DNA of 64,000 nucleotides from Octopus bimaculoides (GCF_001194135.2 NC_068981.1:66030601-66094600), one strand, 5' to 3'; positions 22,993 through 37,452 are shown, counted from the first letter of the stretch. The notes: generated by a model not told the origin, from the sequence alone. A program made the numbers and translations.

Positions 22993-23939
22993 TATATATA
23001 AGTCAGTGAGAAGATGCACTCATATAACTGTCAGTAGAGTGGGTATATTATCTGAATTTTATAGCATTAAGTAGCCATCACGGCTGGTCCTACTAATCAG
23101 TTTCACATAAAGAATACAATGGTGTTTTAGGTAACAATCCAATTATATAACTCTACACTAATTGCTGACTGCTCTCTATTATCAGAGGTGAATTAGCACA
23201 ACCGGTCAGCTCTTTTCACAGAAGCCACTGACCAGTTGTGCTAATCCACCCCCAATAATAGAGAGCAGTCACCATATTCCCTTCCATATCGGCTATCTCT
23301 GATGAGGTGATGATTCGGGTAGCACCCTAGCATGGCCACAGCCTTTAGGCTAGGACACATAAAAGAATATACATAAACATGCTAATATACTCACTCTCAC
23401 ACTCACTAAAATCTCAATGGTTCTATCATTAGAGTTTGATCATTTCTGATTTTTCAACACTATCTTGACCTGAAGTGTTATGACATTCAGTTTATCATCT
23501 TGAATCTTTTGATATTTATTCTTCAAAGCTTCCTTTAATGTTTCTGCTTTGGCAAATGTAGCATTATTTGAAATAAACTAATTTACTTGAATTAATAGAT
23601 TACTTTTAATAACATCATATGTGCTTTGGTATACACTGTATTTATTATGATTCTAAGTATATCAATTTATATTAATTTCCAATGGTAGCAGTAAAACTAC
23701 AACTCTGTGGTTTTCAGATATATGCAGTATTGTTTTTTTTTTTTTTGCTAGTAAAAATACACATATTTTATCTCTAACTTTCAGTTTTGAGGGGTTTGTT
23801 TTGTAGTTCTTTATTGCATTTATTATTGACTTTTATCTTGTTTACTTTGTGTAAAGTATGTGCAGTGTAAGTTGTGTTCTTGTATCATGTGGGTCACGAA
23901 AAAAGACTAATGAACATTAGAGATGATGACTGTTAAACA

Positions 23940-24370
23940 ACAATGCTCATAAGGAACAATCAGGAAAATACCAAGACAGTAGACAGAGTCACCTGTCTGG
24001 CTAGCATTATCAGTAACAATAGTGATATTGAGAGCAGCATCAACCATGGAATTGGCAAAGCTATAACTATATTCCAGACAATGTGTGCTGTCTGGTGCTC
24101 CAACACTGTCAGCTTAAATGCAAAGATGCAGCTCTATAATAGCATAGTTCTAACAACAGTTCTTTACACCAGTGAGACATGGATGAACATTGTGAAGATT
24201 AACAGAAAGCAAGATATGTTCCACTAAAGATGCTTGAGAAGGATTCTGAGAACATACTGGCAAGACCACATAACCTATAAAAACATTCTAAAGAGAGCCA
24301 ACACAAGAACTCTTAGTGAAATCTAGTTGCTACCCAATGTGCTCATGAACAGAGGAGGAGCTGAAACTGA
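23940..24370 (+). mobile_element. RTE-clade LINE reverse transcriptase C-terminal remnant
   Basis: VDRVTCLASIIS...INHGIGKA...KMQLYNSIVLTTVLYTSETW...H*RCLRRILRTYWQDHITYKNILKRA matches the RTE YLGS...LLYGSETW...RCLRRIL segment. Confidence 0.8.
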
Positions 24371-24713
24371 AACTAAATGTTGTGAGGGTTGTATTATTGA
24401 TACTTAAAGCATCTTGTATAGAGTTTTTTTTTTTTTGCAGAGAGATTGTGTAAAGTTAAGAGCCCTGGTACTGTAGTTATGGCTTTATTTATACTATTCT
24501 CTATCATGTCTAGAGTACTAAGAATTATTGGAATCAGTTATAATCTCGAGCAATACATCTCTGTTATTTCCTTTTCAAGAGCTTTGTTCTTTAAATCCTT
24601 TCCAACTTACTTCTTGGAGACCATTTATTATGAAGGATGGCACAGTGTGAATTTCATTGACTTTGTTTTAGAAATAATCTGAATCGTCATTCTTATGTTA
24701 AAAACTGTTATTA

Positions 24714-24762
<49 letters not shown>

Positions 24763-25169
24763 CATTATTATTACTAGCATGGTGGAACTCACAAGCTCAT
24801 AAAAGACAGAACTCATTGTAATTCAGTATTCAGTTGCTGAGTTAAAATCTCACTAGGGTTCATTTGTTCATTATATTTCCTGGATTTATAAAATAAGAAC
24901 TAGAACTGAACTAGTTGACTCCAATCTACCACCATTGATTAGAGAAGATGTCAGCTATGGTGTTTACCAAGAATGCTGTCACTATTTTGCAAAAATATTG
25001 AATTACAGAAAACACAATTGTAATTTCTAAGTGGTAGACATTGTTGTGTGTATGAAAGTGTATATATCAGTGTTTTGCCTGAGATACATATTATTGAAAA
25101 CAGTTTTTCACTAAACAGTGAGAGATCTTCACCTAGAATAGTCACAATCTCTGTTATGAGTCTGATCTT

Positions 25170-25330
25170 AGACTGTGTGCAGCTCTACCAGTTCCTCCTC
25201 CACAGTCCTCGACCAGGTCCTGACAGGCCTGCCTCATCTCCTACACGTCTACCATTGGCTTCCCTTAAGAAATGACTCCCACTTATCTCTTCATGGTTGA
25301 GCATCTTTTGACATGTCACTGTGATACTAT
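25170..25330 (-). mobile_element. RTE-clade LINE 3' remnant
   Basis: Minus strand contains decayed ...W(S)RTVEEEL, the GRPxxTWRRTVEEEL region. Confidence 0.45.
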
Positions 25331-27269
25331 CCTATAGGTTACTCAGCTCAGTCCTTTCTATGACCAGTTCATTCATGACGTATAAAGAAATTCTTTTGAA
25401 AAACACCTATAGTTCTATAGATTCTGCTGCTCCTTTTTGCATGTTCCATAGGTGTAAGTCACTGTTGGTATGACAATGTATGTATATACATGGAATTTTG
25501 GTACCTCGTTGGATGTGAAGTTGGACCAACTGACTTCAGGCACTGAAAGACAGCTTTAACTTTGCTGAGTCTCTTCTCCACATCCCTTTACTTGATAATT
25601 CTATGATATTTTTGTATATATTACCTGTGAGGTATGTCTTGATTATCCCTGCCAGTATATCCCTTTCATGAAAAATGTAACCTTGTGGCAATGTCAGAAA
25701 CAATAATGATGATTATCATTGTTATTGTTATCAAACAGTGATGTGTAACCAAAGAGCAAATTTTTAGACTTTTTTGTTCTCTTTGGCCCTTTTCCAAGCA
25801 GTAAAATATTTAAAAACATTTAACTGTAGTTAAGTTTCATAGGGTAAAAGCTTGTCAATTTCCTGAATTACAAATATCGATTAGGTTAGTATTCATCTCT
25901 AGTTTCTGTGGCATTAAACAAATGCATGAATATCCCTCTCCTTGGACAGGATGTTGCTCTATTGCAGAGTGCTTTCCTATTATTTTCCCATGGAAAGCAT
26001 TTTTAGTTGGCACTGTAAGACAACAAATCCTTCAGACTCCTCTGCAGTGCTGCTGTTATTGGTAGTGTTGTTTAGCTACAAGTCAACCCTGATCAAGCAA
26101 ATTTATGAGTAAAGCTGTTTACAGCCATGATCATTATGTCTTTTTGTTTCCAACCATAATGTATCTTGGATAACATTATCCAATGTGTCCTTTTTTTAAA
26201 TTTAAGAATGTAGGAGTATGAGTCAGGGAAGAAAGGCCGCTATTTTTACCAGGTTGGGCATCTTCATAGATGGTCCTCACTCAAGCTCCTAGTATTACTG
26301 TTGCTTCCAAGGGTAAGGCATTCCATTCTTAAGCATTTATGTAGATTGTGAATCTGACAGTTAAGTGTGTTGGCCATAGATCCATGGAAATGGTTAATCC
26401 ATGGAAATGAAAGACCTCCAGAACATTGAATTGCTGATCACTCAGCTGATTATCTGACACACTGTAGACTCAGTTAATTATAATTTCTACAGAAGCTTAA
26501 AAACAAACAGAATTTAATTCACATTTTATTTCTTTTCAAAATATGATTAAAAAATTGTCTTTGGAATTAAAAGGGTATCAACTTACACAATCTTTCAAAA
26601 TTAACATCATAGCAACAAACAAATTTTGATGATAAACTGCATCACACTACTCCATCATAAGTAATAGATATGAATAGAAATGTAAGCAGTCAAGTGATTC
26701 TGTTTTCTTTTACAAAGGTCATCAGAATGACAATATCAGCAGTAAACTTCTCATAAAGTTTATGAGATATACATATGCAAATACCATATGTAAAACAAAA
26801 GCGAAAAAGGCCAACACATATATACATACACATATACTTACAGAAACCCCCCCCCCCAAAAAAAAAACAAAACCAAGAAACTTACTAGAAGCTTATACAT
26901 GCACCAAAATAGACTCCTCAGTTTCAATCTAACAATAAACAGGAAATGCATGAAGACTAAAACCAGCATCATAGTACTTTGATAAGATGCTTAATAAAAC
27001 ATCTAGAGAGGCTATTCACCAAATCTAATTAACATTGAGTGTTTTGCAAATTAAAGAACAGGTAGTAAAATATTTAGATGTAAACAGATCCATACTAATG
27101 TTTTCATAAATTCTTGCCAGATATTTTTGTTTTTATTTCCTTCATTTTCTTCATCTTTTCCAGCCTTTATTCATTTTCTTCTTTTCCAACATCATCGGCT
27201 TCTACCTTCATTTTCTTAATGTTTTGTTTTTTAAAATACTTATCTTCTAACTTTTCATCCATCACCACC

Positions 27270-27313
27270 CACTTTTTCTTTCTTTCTTTCTTTCTTTCTT
27301 CCTTTCTTTCTTC

Positions 27314-27353
<40 letters not shown>

Positions 27354-27680
27354 TATAATTCATCTTCCATCCCTATCTCTTCTCCATCCTCATACTCAAC
27401 AGTATACTTTTTCTTCTCCTTCATCCCACTTTCCCCACTTCTAAACCCCTTTTCCACCTTGTCTTCCCTCACTTCCTCTTCTTACCCTTACTTCTTGCTT
27501 CCCTCAACGCCCTCCTCCTCCTCCTCCATCTTTCTTACCTCCACATTTTCTGACCCCAATAACATTTCATTCATTCTCTCTTACTCCCTCTGCCACCCCT
27601 TTCACACTCTTCTCCTCCCACTCTCCCTCACTTCCTTCACCCCCTCCCTCCACCAGTTCCCTTTCACCTTACATCTTTAA
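27270..27680. repeat. Polypyrimidine/(TTTC)n low-complexity tract
   Basis: (tttc)n followed by ~300 bp of C/T-rich sequence; explains ORF 27114-27680. Confidence 0.9.
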
Positions 27681-28228
27681 CAAACTAGATTTATTTCTAT
27701 AGACGTACCAGTTCCACAAAAACAAACAATAAATACAAAAGTATAGTAATCAAAAACACAAACAAGAAAAGTTATTTCCAGAAAAACTGCTGATCATTAT
27801 ACCTTTTAATAGTAATGTCACATGGGGGGGAGGGGCGTTCTTTTTAGTGTCTGGTGAAACTGATGTGATTTATGGTCAGTTCGAGAACATTTGCAGGTCT
27901 ACATTTGCAAGAAAATTGGCAGAGAGAAAATTCCAGTAGGCTGATGTCTTAGAGAAGAAGGATTGGCAGTAGTGGTTAATGCAATTGTTTGTTAATTAGC
28001 TTGCTTTTTTTAAATTTTTATATCCTTTATATGTTCACATTTCTGCACAGGCATGGTTGTGTGGTTAAGAAGCTTTGTAACCTCATGATTTTGGTTTCAG
28101 TTCCACTACACAGCATCTTGGGACAAGTGTCTGTGATTATAATCCTGGGCTAACCAATGCTTACTGAGTAAATTTGGTAGTCAGAAACTGTATGGAAGCC
28201 CACTGTATGTGTGTGTGTGCATATATAC

Positions 28229-28265
<37 letters not shown>

Positions 28266-28304
28266 TGCATATATATGCATATATATATACGCACATGTAT
28301 ATAA

Positions 28305-28645
28305 AGGCAAAGACCACTCTTTGGTAATGAATGACCATGGGATTGCACCTAGAAAGTTCCCCTCGAGCTACAAATTTGAGCAAGGTTGTTTATAGAAGAC
28401 CAGCAGTTGCTTATACATACCAGCCTCCCACTTTTCACACCACTGATGTTATCCAAGGGAAAGGCAAAGACCAGTACAACTTGACACCAGTGATGTCACT
28501 ACTCATTTCTACAGCTGAGTTAACTGGAGCAATGCAAAATAAAGTGTCTTGCTCAAGAACACAACACAGCCCAGTCCAGGAATCGAACTCATTACCTCAT
28601 GATTGCGAGCCCAATACTCTAACCACTGAGCCATGTACCTTCACA
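28305..28645 (-). mobile_element. tRNA-derived SINE family C nested inside a family B SINE
   Basis: Reverse complement starts ggctcagtggttagagtattgggctcgcaatc..gagttcgattcctgg (A/B boxes), then gtgttcttgagcaagacac; family B halves lie at ~28050-28200 and ~28690-28890. Confidence 0.7.
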
Positions 28646-28681
28646 CACAGACACACACACACATATGAAGATACATATATA

Positions 28682-28717
<36 letters not shown>

Positions 28718-31439
28718 TATTTGTCCTGACTAGTGACAACCAGTGTTGTCCCTGTAACTTAGCAGTTTGACAAAAAAGACCAATGCAATAAGTACTAGGC
28801 TTTAAAATTAGTACTGGGGTTGATTGTCTCAACAAAACCCTTAAAGGCCACATTCCAATGACTGTAGCAACTGAATGGTAAAATTAAAACATCTGCTTAT
28901 CTACCAGTTTGCTGATGCATGACAAAAGAGTTAAGAATATATATTATATATACATTAAAATAAAATATTAGTGAACAGGTCATTGGCATATGGTGACAGA
29001 CTTTGCAGCCTAATAATATATATCTTCATAGCACACTAAACAGTATTTTTGGATAATTTAAAATATTTTTTTCTTTTATTTTTTCTTTTACTTGTTTCAG
29101 CCATTTGACTGTGGCCATGCTGGAGCACCGCCTTTAGTCGAACAAACCAATCTCAGGATTTATTCTTTGTAAGCCTTGTACTTATTCTATCAGTCTCTTT
29201 TGTCAAACTAATAAGTTACAGGGACGTAAACACACCAACATTGGTTGTCAAGCAATGGTGGTGTGACAAACACGAACACACAAATACATGCATACATATA
29301 CATATACNNNNNNNNNNCTCTCAAGGCTTTGGTTGGCCCAAGGCTACAGAAGAAGATGAACTTCTTTCAGTTTCTGTCTACCAAATCCACTCTCAAGGCT
29401 TTGGTTGGCCCAAGGCTACAGAAGAAGATGAACTTCTTTCAGTTTCTGTCTACCAAATCCACTCTCAAGAACCATGTGGTTGGGAAGCAAGCTTCTTACT
29501 ACACAGCCACTCCTATTTTTTTTATTTAATAAGCATTCTGATTCAGCTTTGATGTAAAAAGCAAACAAATATACCACAGCTTTTCTGCCTCCATAGGCGG
29601 AGACAGCTGAAGCAATCTAATGAGTTTCTAGTTTACTTAGCTTCATCAGAGAGATTAGTTGCTTATGGTTATCTGTAATGTATACAAATTTGGTCATAAA
29701 TTGGTTGGTCTAATTTGCATTACATTTCTCATTTACATTCATTTACATTGTCAGTGAGTGCACTGTTAAACAAATGAGACCTGTTTAGCTGACTTCTACT
29801 TTAGATACGCTGTAAAAAGTTATAATCTACTAATCTCTCTCTGGACAGAAGATAGGTATTCTTTCACTGATAAGAGTCTATGAAGAGCAGAAACTAGTCA
29901 AACTAATCCCATATTTCTTTTTTTTGCCCACTGAGAGATTAAACTTCTGTTGTGACCTGTTTATTTACTGTTCACAGTGAGGCTAAAATTCTATATTTAC
30001 TAAAATAGACATTTGCAATTAAGAATATATAATATTTTTTCCAATGTTTCTCAACTAACTTTTCTTCAAACTCTTGATTCTGCAAGAAGCCACCAGTGGT
30101 TTGCAATGAATAAACAAGGTTAATTATATGCAATGAATTATTCAGTAATTTTTGTGTTTATTATACATGTATGGCATATTGCTTAAGGACAGAAAATCCT
30201 GTCATCTGTAGGTAGTAAGGAAATCCCACAGAAAAAATAAACTCTTAATAGAGACTTGTTGGGGAATTTGGTCTAAATAAGGTCTTGGTTAAGGTGAAAT
30301 TTCTTAAATCTTCTTTATGGCATCTGATGGATTAAGCACTGCCAAGCATTTTAATGATAGGTTTATGATTTATTTAAACTTTTATGAAATTAAACTTCAT
30401 GAAAATGGAAACAAAGGTTAAATTATATAATCACTTTCATATAAGGTAAATAGCATTCTGTATATCATACATAGTATAGATATACTGTTGAAAGCTTGAA
30501 AACTGTAGTATTTGTCTTGAGAAAGTATCCCATGTAAATGCAGTGTTAAAAAATCACCCAATGGTGAGACTGCTATTTTTGAACAACTATTTCTTCTGTT
30601 GTTCATAAAGAATTTTTATTGTTAGGGTTTTCAGAGATATGGAATGTATTTCCATGTTTCTCCAACAGTAAAAATGTTGGGGAAACACTGGTTTATATAG
30701 TAAAATATTAGTGATATATACAGTAAAATATGACAGGTATATAGTGTAGATATACTAATAATATTTAATATTATCACAAAATATTAACAAAATAAAAGTC
30801 AATATAACTGTGAGAATGCTTTAATGGTTAGCACAACTTTATCACAATGCAATTGTTTTAGTTTCAATACACATTATTGGACAAAATCAATTGCCAGATA
30901 AATGCAGCTTCGGAATATTTATTTATCTATTGAAAACACATCTAACATGTGAGATCCAACAATAAGTGTATATTTAGTTAGTATGCAGAGTGTTCCCGTG
31001 TGTTACTTTCCCCTTAATCATATATCATTAAAATCCAAAGATCAGTGAGAGCAATGTTTGACTGAGATGAATAAGGTGGTATCAGAATGCTGAGAGATTG
31101 TTTGACTGCATGCGTGTGCATATGCATGTAGGGTGGGCAGAGGGAGCAGATAAAAGAAACATTTGAAAATAACTAGTTTCGTTTTGGTCTTCTTTTATTT
31201 TTGTCTTCAAGTTTCTATTTATATATTCATACATATATATAAAAAGAAAAGACACAAAAACTCTAAAGAAAGAATTGTTTGCGTGTGTACATGTGTGTTT
31301 GAAGAAGATAGTCTTGGTAAGATGAGAATTGGAAAATACTTAGTTTTTACCTTTTATTTCTTTTTTAAAATATATTATTGCCCTGAAGATTTTACTAAAA
31401 ATATTACAAAGTCTATGAAGGAAAAAATCTTTGTATGTG

Positions 31440-31482
<43 letters not shown>

Positions 31483-32128
31483 ACGTGTGTGTTTGTCTCT
31501 GTTGTTGATAATGGTGGGATGGTGTGCTATCGTTAGATTTCCATTGGAAAATACATACTTTTTATCCTTTATTATTTTTTTCTGTTCTTAAAGATCATGT
31601 TAAAAAAATTGCAAAGATTCTGTAAGAAACTTTGTGTGTTTGCTAAAAATAAGCTAAGGGAAGTAACTCGTGTAGGCCAATGATCTGAATTTAGATAATT
31701 CCAGTAGGTGGTGATGGACTGGATGATGTATGCAAAAAATTCTTAATATAAGTATGTGTACATATATGTGAATAAATAAGTATAAGTTCATGTGTGCATG
31801 TGTGTGTGTATAAATGTGTGTAAGAGTGTGTGTATGTATGTGCGCACGTGTTCGCGTGTGTGCATGTGTATGCTTGTATTTGTGTGTGGGGGTATGGGTT
31901 TGTGTTTGCATGTGTGTGTGTTTTGGAAAGAAAAGTACATGAAGATAAAAATCTCAGCCTCGAGTTCAACGTTTTCCTTTCTCTATTTCTTTGTGCATAT
32001 ATTTTATATGATTCTAAAGATTCTATTAAAAAGAAAGATTTCCAAAGATCTAAAGAGAAGAAATTTCCATGTATACATTTCTTTCTCTCTCTTTCTTTGT
32101 GAGAGAGTGTGTGCACATGTATATCTAT

Positions 32129-32162
<34 letters not shown>

Positions 32163-32865
32163 TTATATAGACATATATACCATTGTTTTTTGATGTCTAT
32201 ATTTCCATGTTTGTATGGGTCGGACGGAATTTGTTGAAGCAGATATCTCAGCCAGATACTCTTCCTGTCACTAGCCTTCTCTTGTTTCCAGGTGAGTTAA
32301 TATTTGTCCATACCTGGACATGTTTCATGGGCTCACTCTTCCCTCCAAACTCTGTTAAACATATCCAAAGGCTAAGTGATGGTGTTAAACTGGGTGAAGT
32401 ATTAAGCCTATCAATCTTTAATCAAATAGCTTACTGTCGCAACCATTCCACCACTCCAGTTCAAATTTGATGTCTGTGAGTTTTATTTTCTGTTTTCTAA
32501 TCAACTGAATTAATCTTAGTGACTTACTCATGCTTATTTTATAGATCACAAAGGCATGAAAAGTAAAGTTGATCATAATTTAATTTGAACTCATTATTGA
32601 ACACATTATTGAAATAATGTGCTCAAATCAAATAAAGCAAACCAATGAATCCAACAGACCATAATATGGTACCTTTTATTTTAGCTTTGATAATGATTTA
32701 CTGTTTTGTAGGAGAAGCAATAAGTCAAGAGAATTGATCCTAGTCCAAGGAGTGATAGTGATTTTATTGATCCTCATAGAAACAGCAAGCAAAATTGACC
32801 TGAATGGATTTGAACTCAGAATGTAGAGGACTGGAAGTAAATACTGAATAATATTTTGTCTAGTG

Positions 32866-33190
32866 TAAGGTAGCGTGCTGGCAGAATTGTTAGCACCCTG
32901 GAAAAATGCTTAGCAGCATTTCATCTGTCTTCATGTCCTGAGTTCAAATTTTGCCCAAGTTGACTTTGTCTTTCATCCTTTTGGGGGTTGATAAAATGAG
33001 TACCAGTTGAACACTGGGATTGATCTAATCAATCTATCCCCTCTCCCGAGATTGTTGGCCTTGTGCCAAAATTTGAAATAAATACTTTGTCTAGTGTAAG
33101 GCAGTGAGTTGGCAGAATAATTTGCAAGCTGCTCAAAATGCTTAGCCCTTCTCCTAAACTTGCTGGCCTTGTGCCAAAATTTGAAACCGA
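32866..33190 (+). mobile_element. SINE family A plus an internally deleted second copy in tandem
   Basis: Two heads (aaggtagcgtgctggcagaa, aaggcagtgagttggcagaa) and two tails (ggccttgtgccaaaatttgaaa), separated by a repeated 15-mer. Confidence 0.75.
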
Positions 33191-35469
33191 TATTTTGTCT
33201 AGTGCTTGATTGTCATCTTATCCACTAATGCTTAAGATAGAAAAGACAAAAACAAAAAAAAGAAACAAGTGTTGATTTCTATTTAATGGAACTTAAGTTC
33301 AGAAACTTATGAAATAAAAATATAAATATGAAATATAAATATAAAGTTGCCATATTTATGTCTATTCCAAGGGCACAGGCCCTGTAAGTAGCATTAATTT
33401 ACTTCAGCTTGGAATTGAAACCTTGCTGATAGAATATTTCTTTTGTCAAAATACTTTTCTAATTTAGATTTGATATATTGACTATAACAACACTTTTTTT
33501 GTCAATTTCTGTGTTAAAAGGTTTTGTTTTCTTTGTATTTAATTTAATATAACTCTGAAACAGAAGCAATTTCTACTTATATCAGCCATTTCACTGATCT
33601 TGATCAGAATAATTGTTACTGACTATAAAAATATTTACAAATATTGAAAGATGAATAAACGAAAACAGAGAGAAAGAAAATATCCCTCCCATTGAATATA
33701 ATAATTATAGTTCACATTGAATATAAATATTGCTTATGATTATTACATTGATTTTTATTTTCAAAAATGCCAAAATAATGTTTGTGTTTAATGAATGACC
33801 TTATCTTTTCTCTCAATGTTTCATCAAATTTAGTTCAATTTTTTTTTAATAGAAATCAATATAGTTTTCTCTTTAAAAATGCTATATTCATTTTCCCCCC
33901 ACGCTCTTTTGTCTTGAATCCATAACTTCAATGGTTCCACCACAAAAATGGATGATGTTTACATAAATTTTTTAAGTAAATGTTGTTTTTACTGCTGGAT
34001 ATCCCTACTGCTGTCATATCATTCAATATAGATTTCTAGTTATTTGACAGAAAAGTTAACTTTTTTAACAGGCATTGTTAGGTCAATAGAGTTGATATGT
34101 TGTTTTATTGTCTCTAGAGAGATAAAATAAAACTATATAGATGAAGAACATAGTGGCATGAAAACACTTGTCTTGCTGATAATTCATTTTCCTCCCATAT
34201 TTTCCAACATTGAAGTCAAATTTTTCCAACCAAAATTTACAGACCAAAAAATAGATCAACAAATATACCAAGACAACATTGGAAGACTTAAAATTCCTAG
34301 TGAAATGTAACAGGATTTGGAGAGATAGTCATGATGTTTAAATGTTTACACTACATTTTTACACTATATACTACACTGACTTATATGCCAGAAAATACAG
34401 TACGTATCTCTTATTTTGGTTTCCTGTCATTGTTTTAAGCAGTCTTGTGGACTGGCACCTATTTACAGTTTCTGCATCATTAAATATATAAAAGATAGAT
34501 ATTTCTCTGGTTAAATCTCCCAATCATTTCATTACAAATAGAGCCACTACTATGGGTCACTGAAGTTGCTAGAAATAGTAACCCAGTTTCCCTGAAATCA
34601 CATCCATCAGAAATATTTAGCACAGAACCTGCATGGTGTGACACAGTAGTGATTACAAAAAAGGTGTAGTAGATGGATCAGTGGCACCACAGTTTGCTAG
34701 TTCAGAGGAATCATTGCTACTCATCTACTAAGAGGGTTCTTGAATCTCTTAACTTAATAGCTTCATTATTTTCAGCCAGAATTACACAAATTTGTTTGCA
34801 ATAGTCAAACTCAACTATCATGTAAGTTGCAAGAAGTATAGAGATAATGATGATTTGGAAGTGTAACAGAAAGTATTGAAAGTTTTGTAAACCAAAAGCA
34901 CAAAAATAATATCTAAAAAAGAGTTATTACGTGAGTATTTTAAACTCATATATTTCTACCGTTCCATTCACTAAACTGCAGACAGGACAACAACAAATCT
35001 AACAATATTAACAACTATGGCTACAAATAACAGCAAATAGTAACTTCATCATCATAATCGACATCAGCATCAGAAACAACAAATAAAAAACAATAGCATA
35101 CAATAAACAATAACAACAGCAATAACTTTTCCTAACCACATGAATTAGTATCTTCTCTATTTCATTCAGTGATTATTATATTTTTACAAAATGGTGTTGA
35201 ATCTATTCCGTCTAGATGAATGACTAATTAGTCAAAGAAGTATAATTACTCAATGAATAAATGTTATTAGATATTGATTAATTTGTACTTTCTAGAATTG
35301 TAGCAATAGCATCACTTATACAGAAAATATCAGATGATATTAAATTTTCAACATGTAATATTAGTAGTGGAGTGATGATATTAATGTCTCACTTATTTTA
35401 CTTGGTAAGATCTGTTACTGTAAGAGATATTTTAATGGTTTAGTCAGGAGAAAGGGATGGTTCCCATGA

Positions 35470-36030
35470 TATTTACAGGCCCTCCAAGGTTTATGGGATT
35501 TATATGGTTGATGATCAGTTTGAGTATCTGCAAACGGTTGTCTGCAGAAAAAAATATGGGCAGGTAGAGGATTCCAGAAAGTTGATGGTCTGACTTAGAA
35601 TAAGAGGTTGTTGTGCTTTTATATGATGTCTCTCAAATCTCCAAATTTACATTTCGTCCTAATTAACATGTCTCACCAGCTTTATGCATGGTTTCATATG
35701 TCATCAGAACTGAAGTGGCTTGATAGAAGATAGCTGACATGTTGCATTTTGGAGATTCCTGATGCACCCATCAATGTAGCTTAAGCACTCTTTTGCTATG
35801 TCTGTTATGGTCTGACTTCAGCTTGTTTGCTCATGTCCATAGCTTTGTAGTTAGATGATAGATGCCAGTGAAAAGTATGCGGGAAAGAGATTATAGTAAG
35901 GGTGATAACAGAGAGATATGTGTGCTGTGAGTTTAGAGTAGAGGTGGTATGCAAATAGCGAGTTCAGAGAAGTAGAGGTGATTACTGTATTGATAGAATA
36001 GGCAGAGAGAATGGAGAGTCATAGTAATTG
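35470..36030 (-). mobile_element. Decayed CR1/L2-like LINE 3' region
   Basis: Coding-like composition, with LFAYHLYSK..LSLLSPLL..FPAYF-type remnants on the minus strand; many stops. Confidence 0.35.
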
Positions 36031-36881
36031 AAATGGGTTGGCAAGAGAGTTTTTGCCAATACTCACAGCAAACTGAGTTTGGTTTCCAGGTTTGTTTCTC
36101 CAGTTGTAACGTAGCTCTTTACCATTTGAATTACTTTAATAATGCCCCTGGGAAAGACTCAAACATCAAAACTCCCTTCTCTTTCCCTCTTAACTGAACA
36201 GGGCAGTTCAGATCATAATTCAATTAGGGATACATCTAAATATGAGTAACCAAAGATTGGACTCTGTTTATAACACTGTTGTTCATACAGACAGCTAGCA
36301 GGGGAAATAAATATTTATCTCTACCAAGGCACCCAACATCTAGGTATAGACTTGTGAATGAAAAACGAGATGATGTAGTTTTAATTCTTAGTTCATCATG
36401 AAAATAGTTTCATTTCTCTGATATCCCTAATACCTTTCATAAATGTATGAACAGTATAAATTCCTATTGGTGCCCTATCACAAGAATACAATTTTTCTTC
36501 ATGCTTTGTTGACAATTTATTCCTATATCTAGCCTTTTGAGAAAAATAAAAATATAGATCTTTCTCTTGGCTCATAAAATAAAATGGAATTGTTGAGCTT
36601 CACATCTTTCAATAGCATATATTGAAAAATTGGATCAATGTACCCTTATGACACTATCATAGCAAGGTTTGGGTGCATGTTTAAGAAGTTTACTTTGCAA
36701 CTGTATGGTTCTTGCAAGTATGTGGTCTTGCTTTCAATCCCACTACATGGCATCTTGAAAAGTGTTTTATACAATAGCCTCAGTTTGACCAAATTATGTG
36801 AGTTGAATTTCGTTGATAGACACAAGAAGTAGTGTTTGTGTTTATTATTTATTGGCATAATGACCCATTAGAGATACATTA

Positions 36882-36921
<40 letters not shown>

Positions 36922-37381
36922 NNNNNNNNNNNNNNNNNNNNNNNNNNNNNNNNNNNNNNNNNNNNNNNNNNNNNNNNNNNNNNNNNNNNNNNNNNNNNNN
37001 NNNNNNNNNNNNNNNNNNNNNNNNNNNNNNNNNNNNNNNNNNNNNNNNNNNNNNNNNNNNNNNNNNNNNNNNNNNNNNNNNNNNNNNNNNNNNNNNNNNN
37101 NNNNNNNNNNNNNNNNNNNNNNNNNNNNNNNNNNNNNNNNNNNNNNNNNNNNNNNNNNNNNNNNNNNNNNNNNNNNNNNNNNNNNNNNNNNNNNNNNNNN
37201 NNNNNNNNNNNNNNNNNNNNNNNNNNNNNNNNNNNNNNNNNNNNNNNNNNNNNNNNNNNNNNNNNNNNNNNNNNNNNNNNNNNNNNNNNNNNNNNNNNNN
37301 NNNNNNNNNNNNNNNNNNNNNNNNNNNNNNNNNNNNNNNNNNNNNNNNNNNNNNNNNNNNNNNNNNNNNNNNNNNNNNNNN

Positions 37382-37452
<71 letters not shown>

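Noticed and set aside
26690-26730. Other CUGAUGA...GAAA matches (also ~29620-29650, ~35685-35708, ~40813-40835)
   Set aside because: They lack stem I and III pairing and an NUH cleavage triplet.
27114-27680. 188-aa F/S/L-rich ORF and similar ORFs at 44405-44874
   Set aside because: Translations of polypyrimidine/polypurine low-complexity DNA.
27800-27990. GC-box-like and CCAAT-like motifs as a possible secernin promoter
   Set aside because: Short motifs only, no CpG island, no transcript evidence.
29318-29467. Perfect 72-bp tandem duplication of a rearranged SINE piece
   Set aside because: Abuts a 10-N gap and is 100% identical; most likely an assembly artefact.
29650-30200. Octamer, TAAT and TCF-like motifs in non-repetitive blocks (also AGATCAAAG at 46740-46748)
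   Set aside because: Expected by chance in AT-rich DNA of this length; needs conservation or chromatin data.
34158-34310. 50-aa plus-strand frame MKTLVLLIIHFPPIFSN...
   Set aside because: No recognisable homology or splice support; within chance length.
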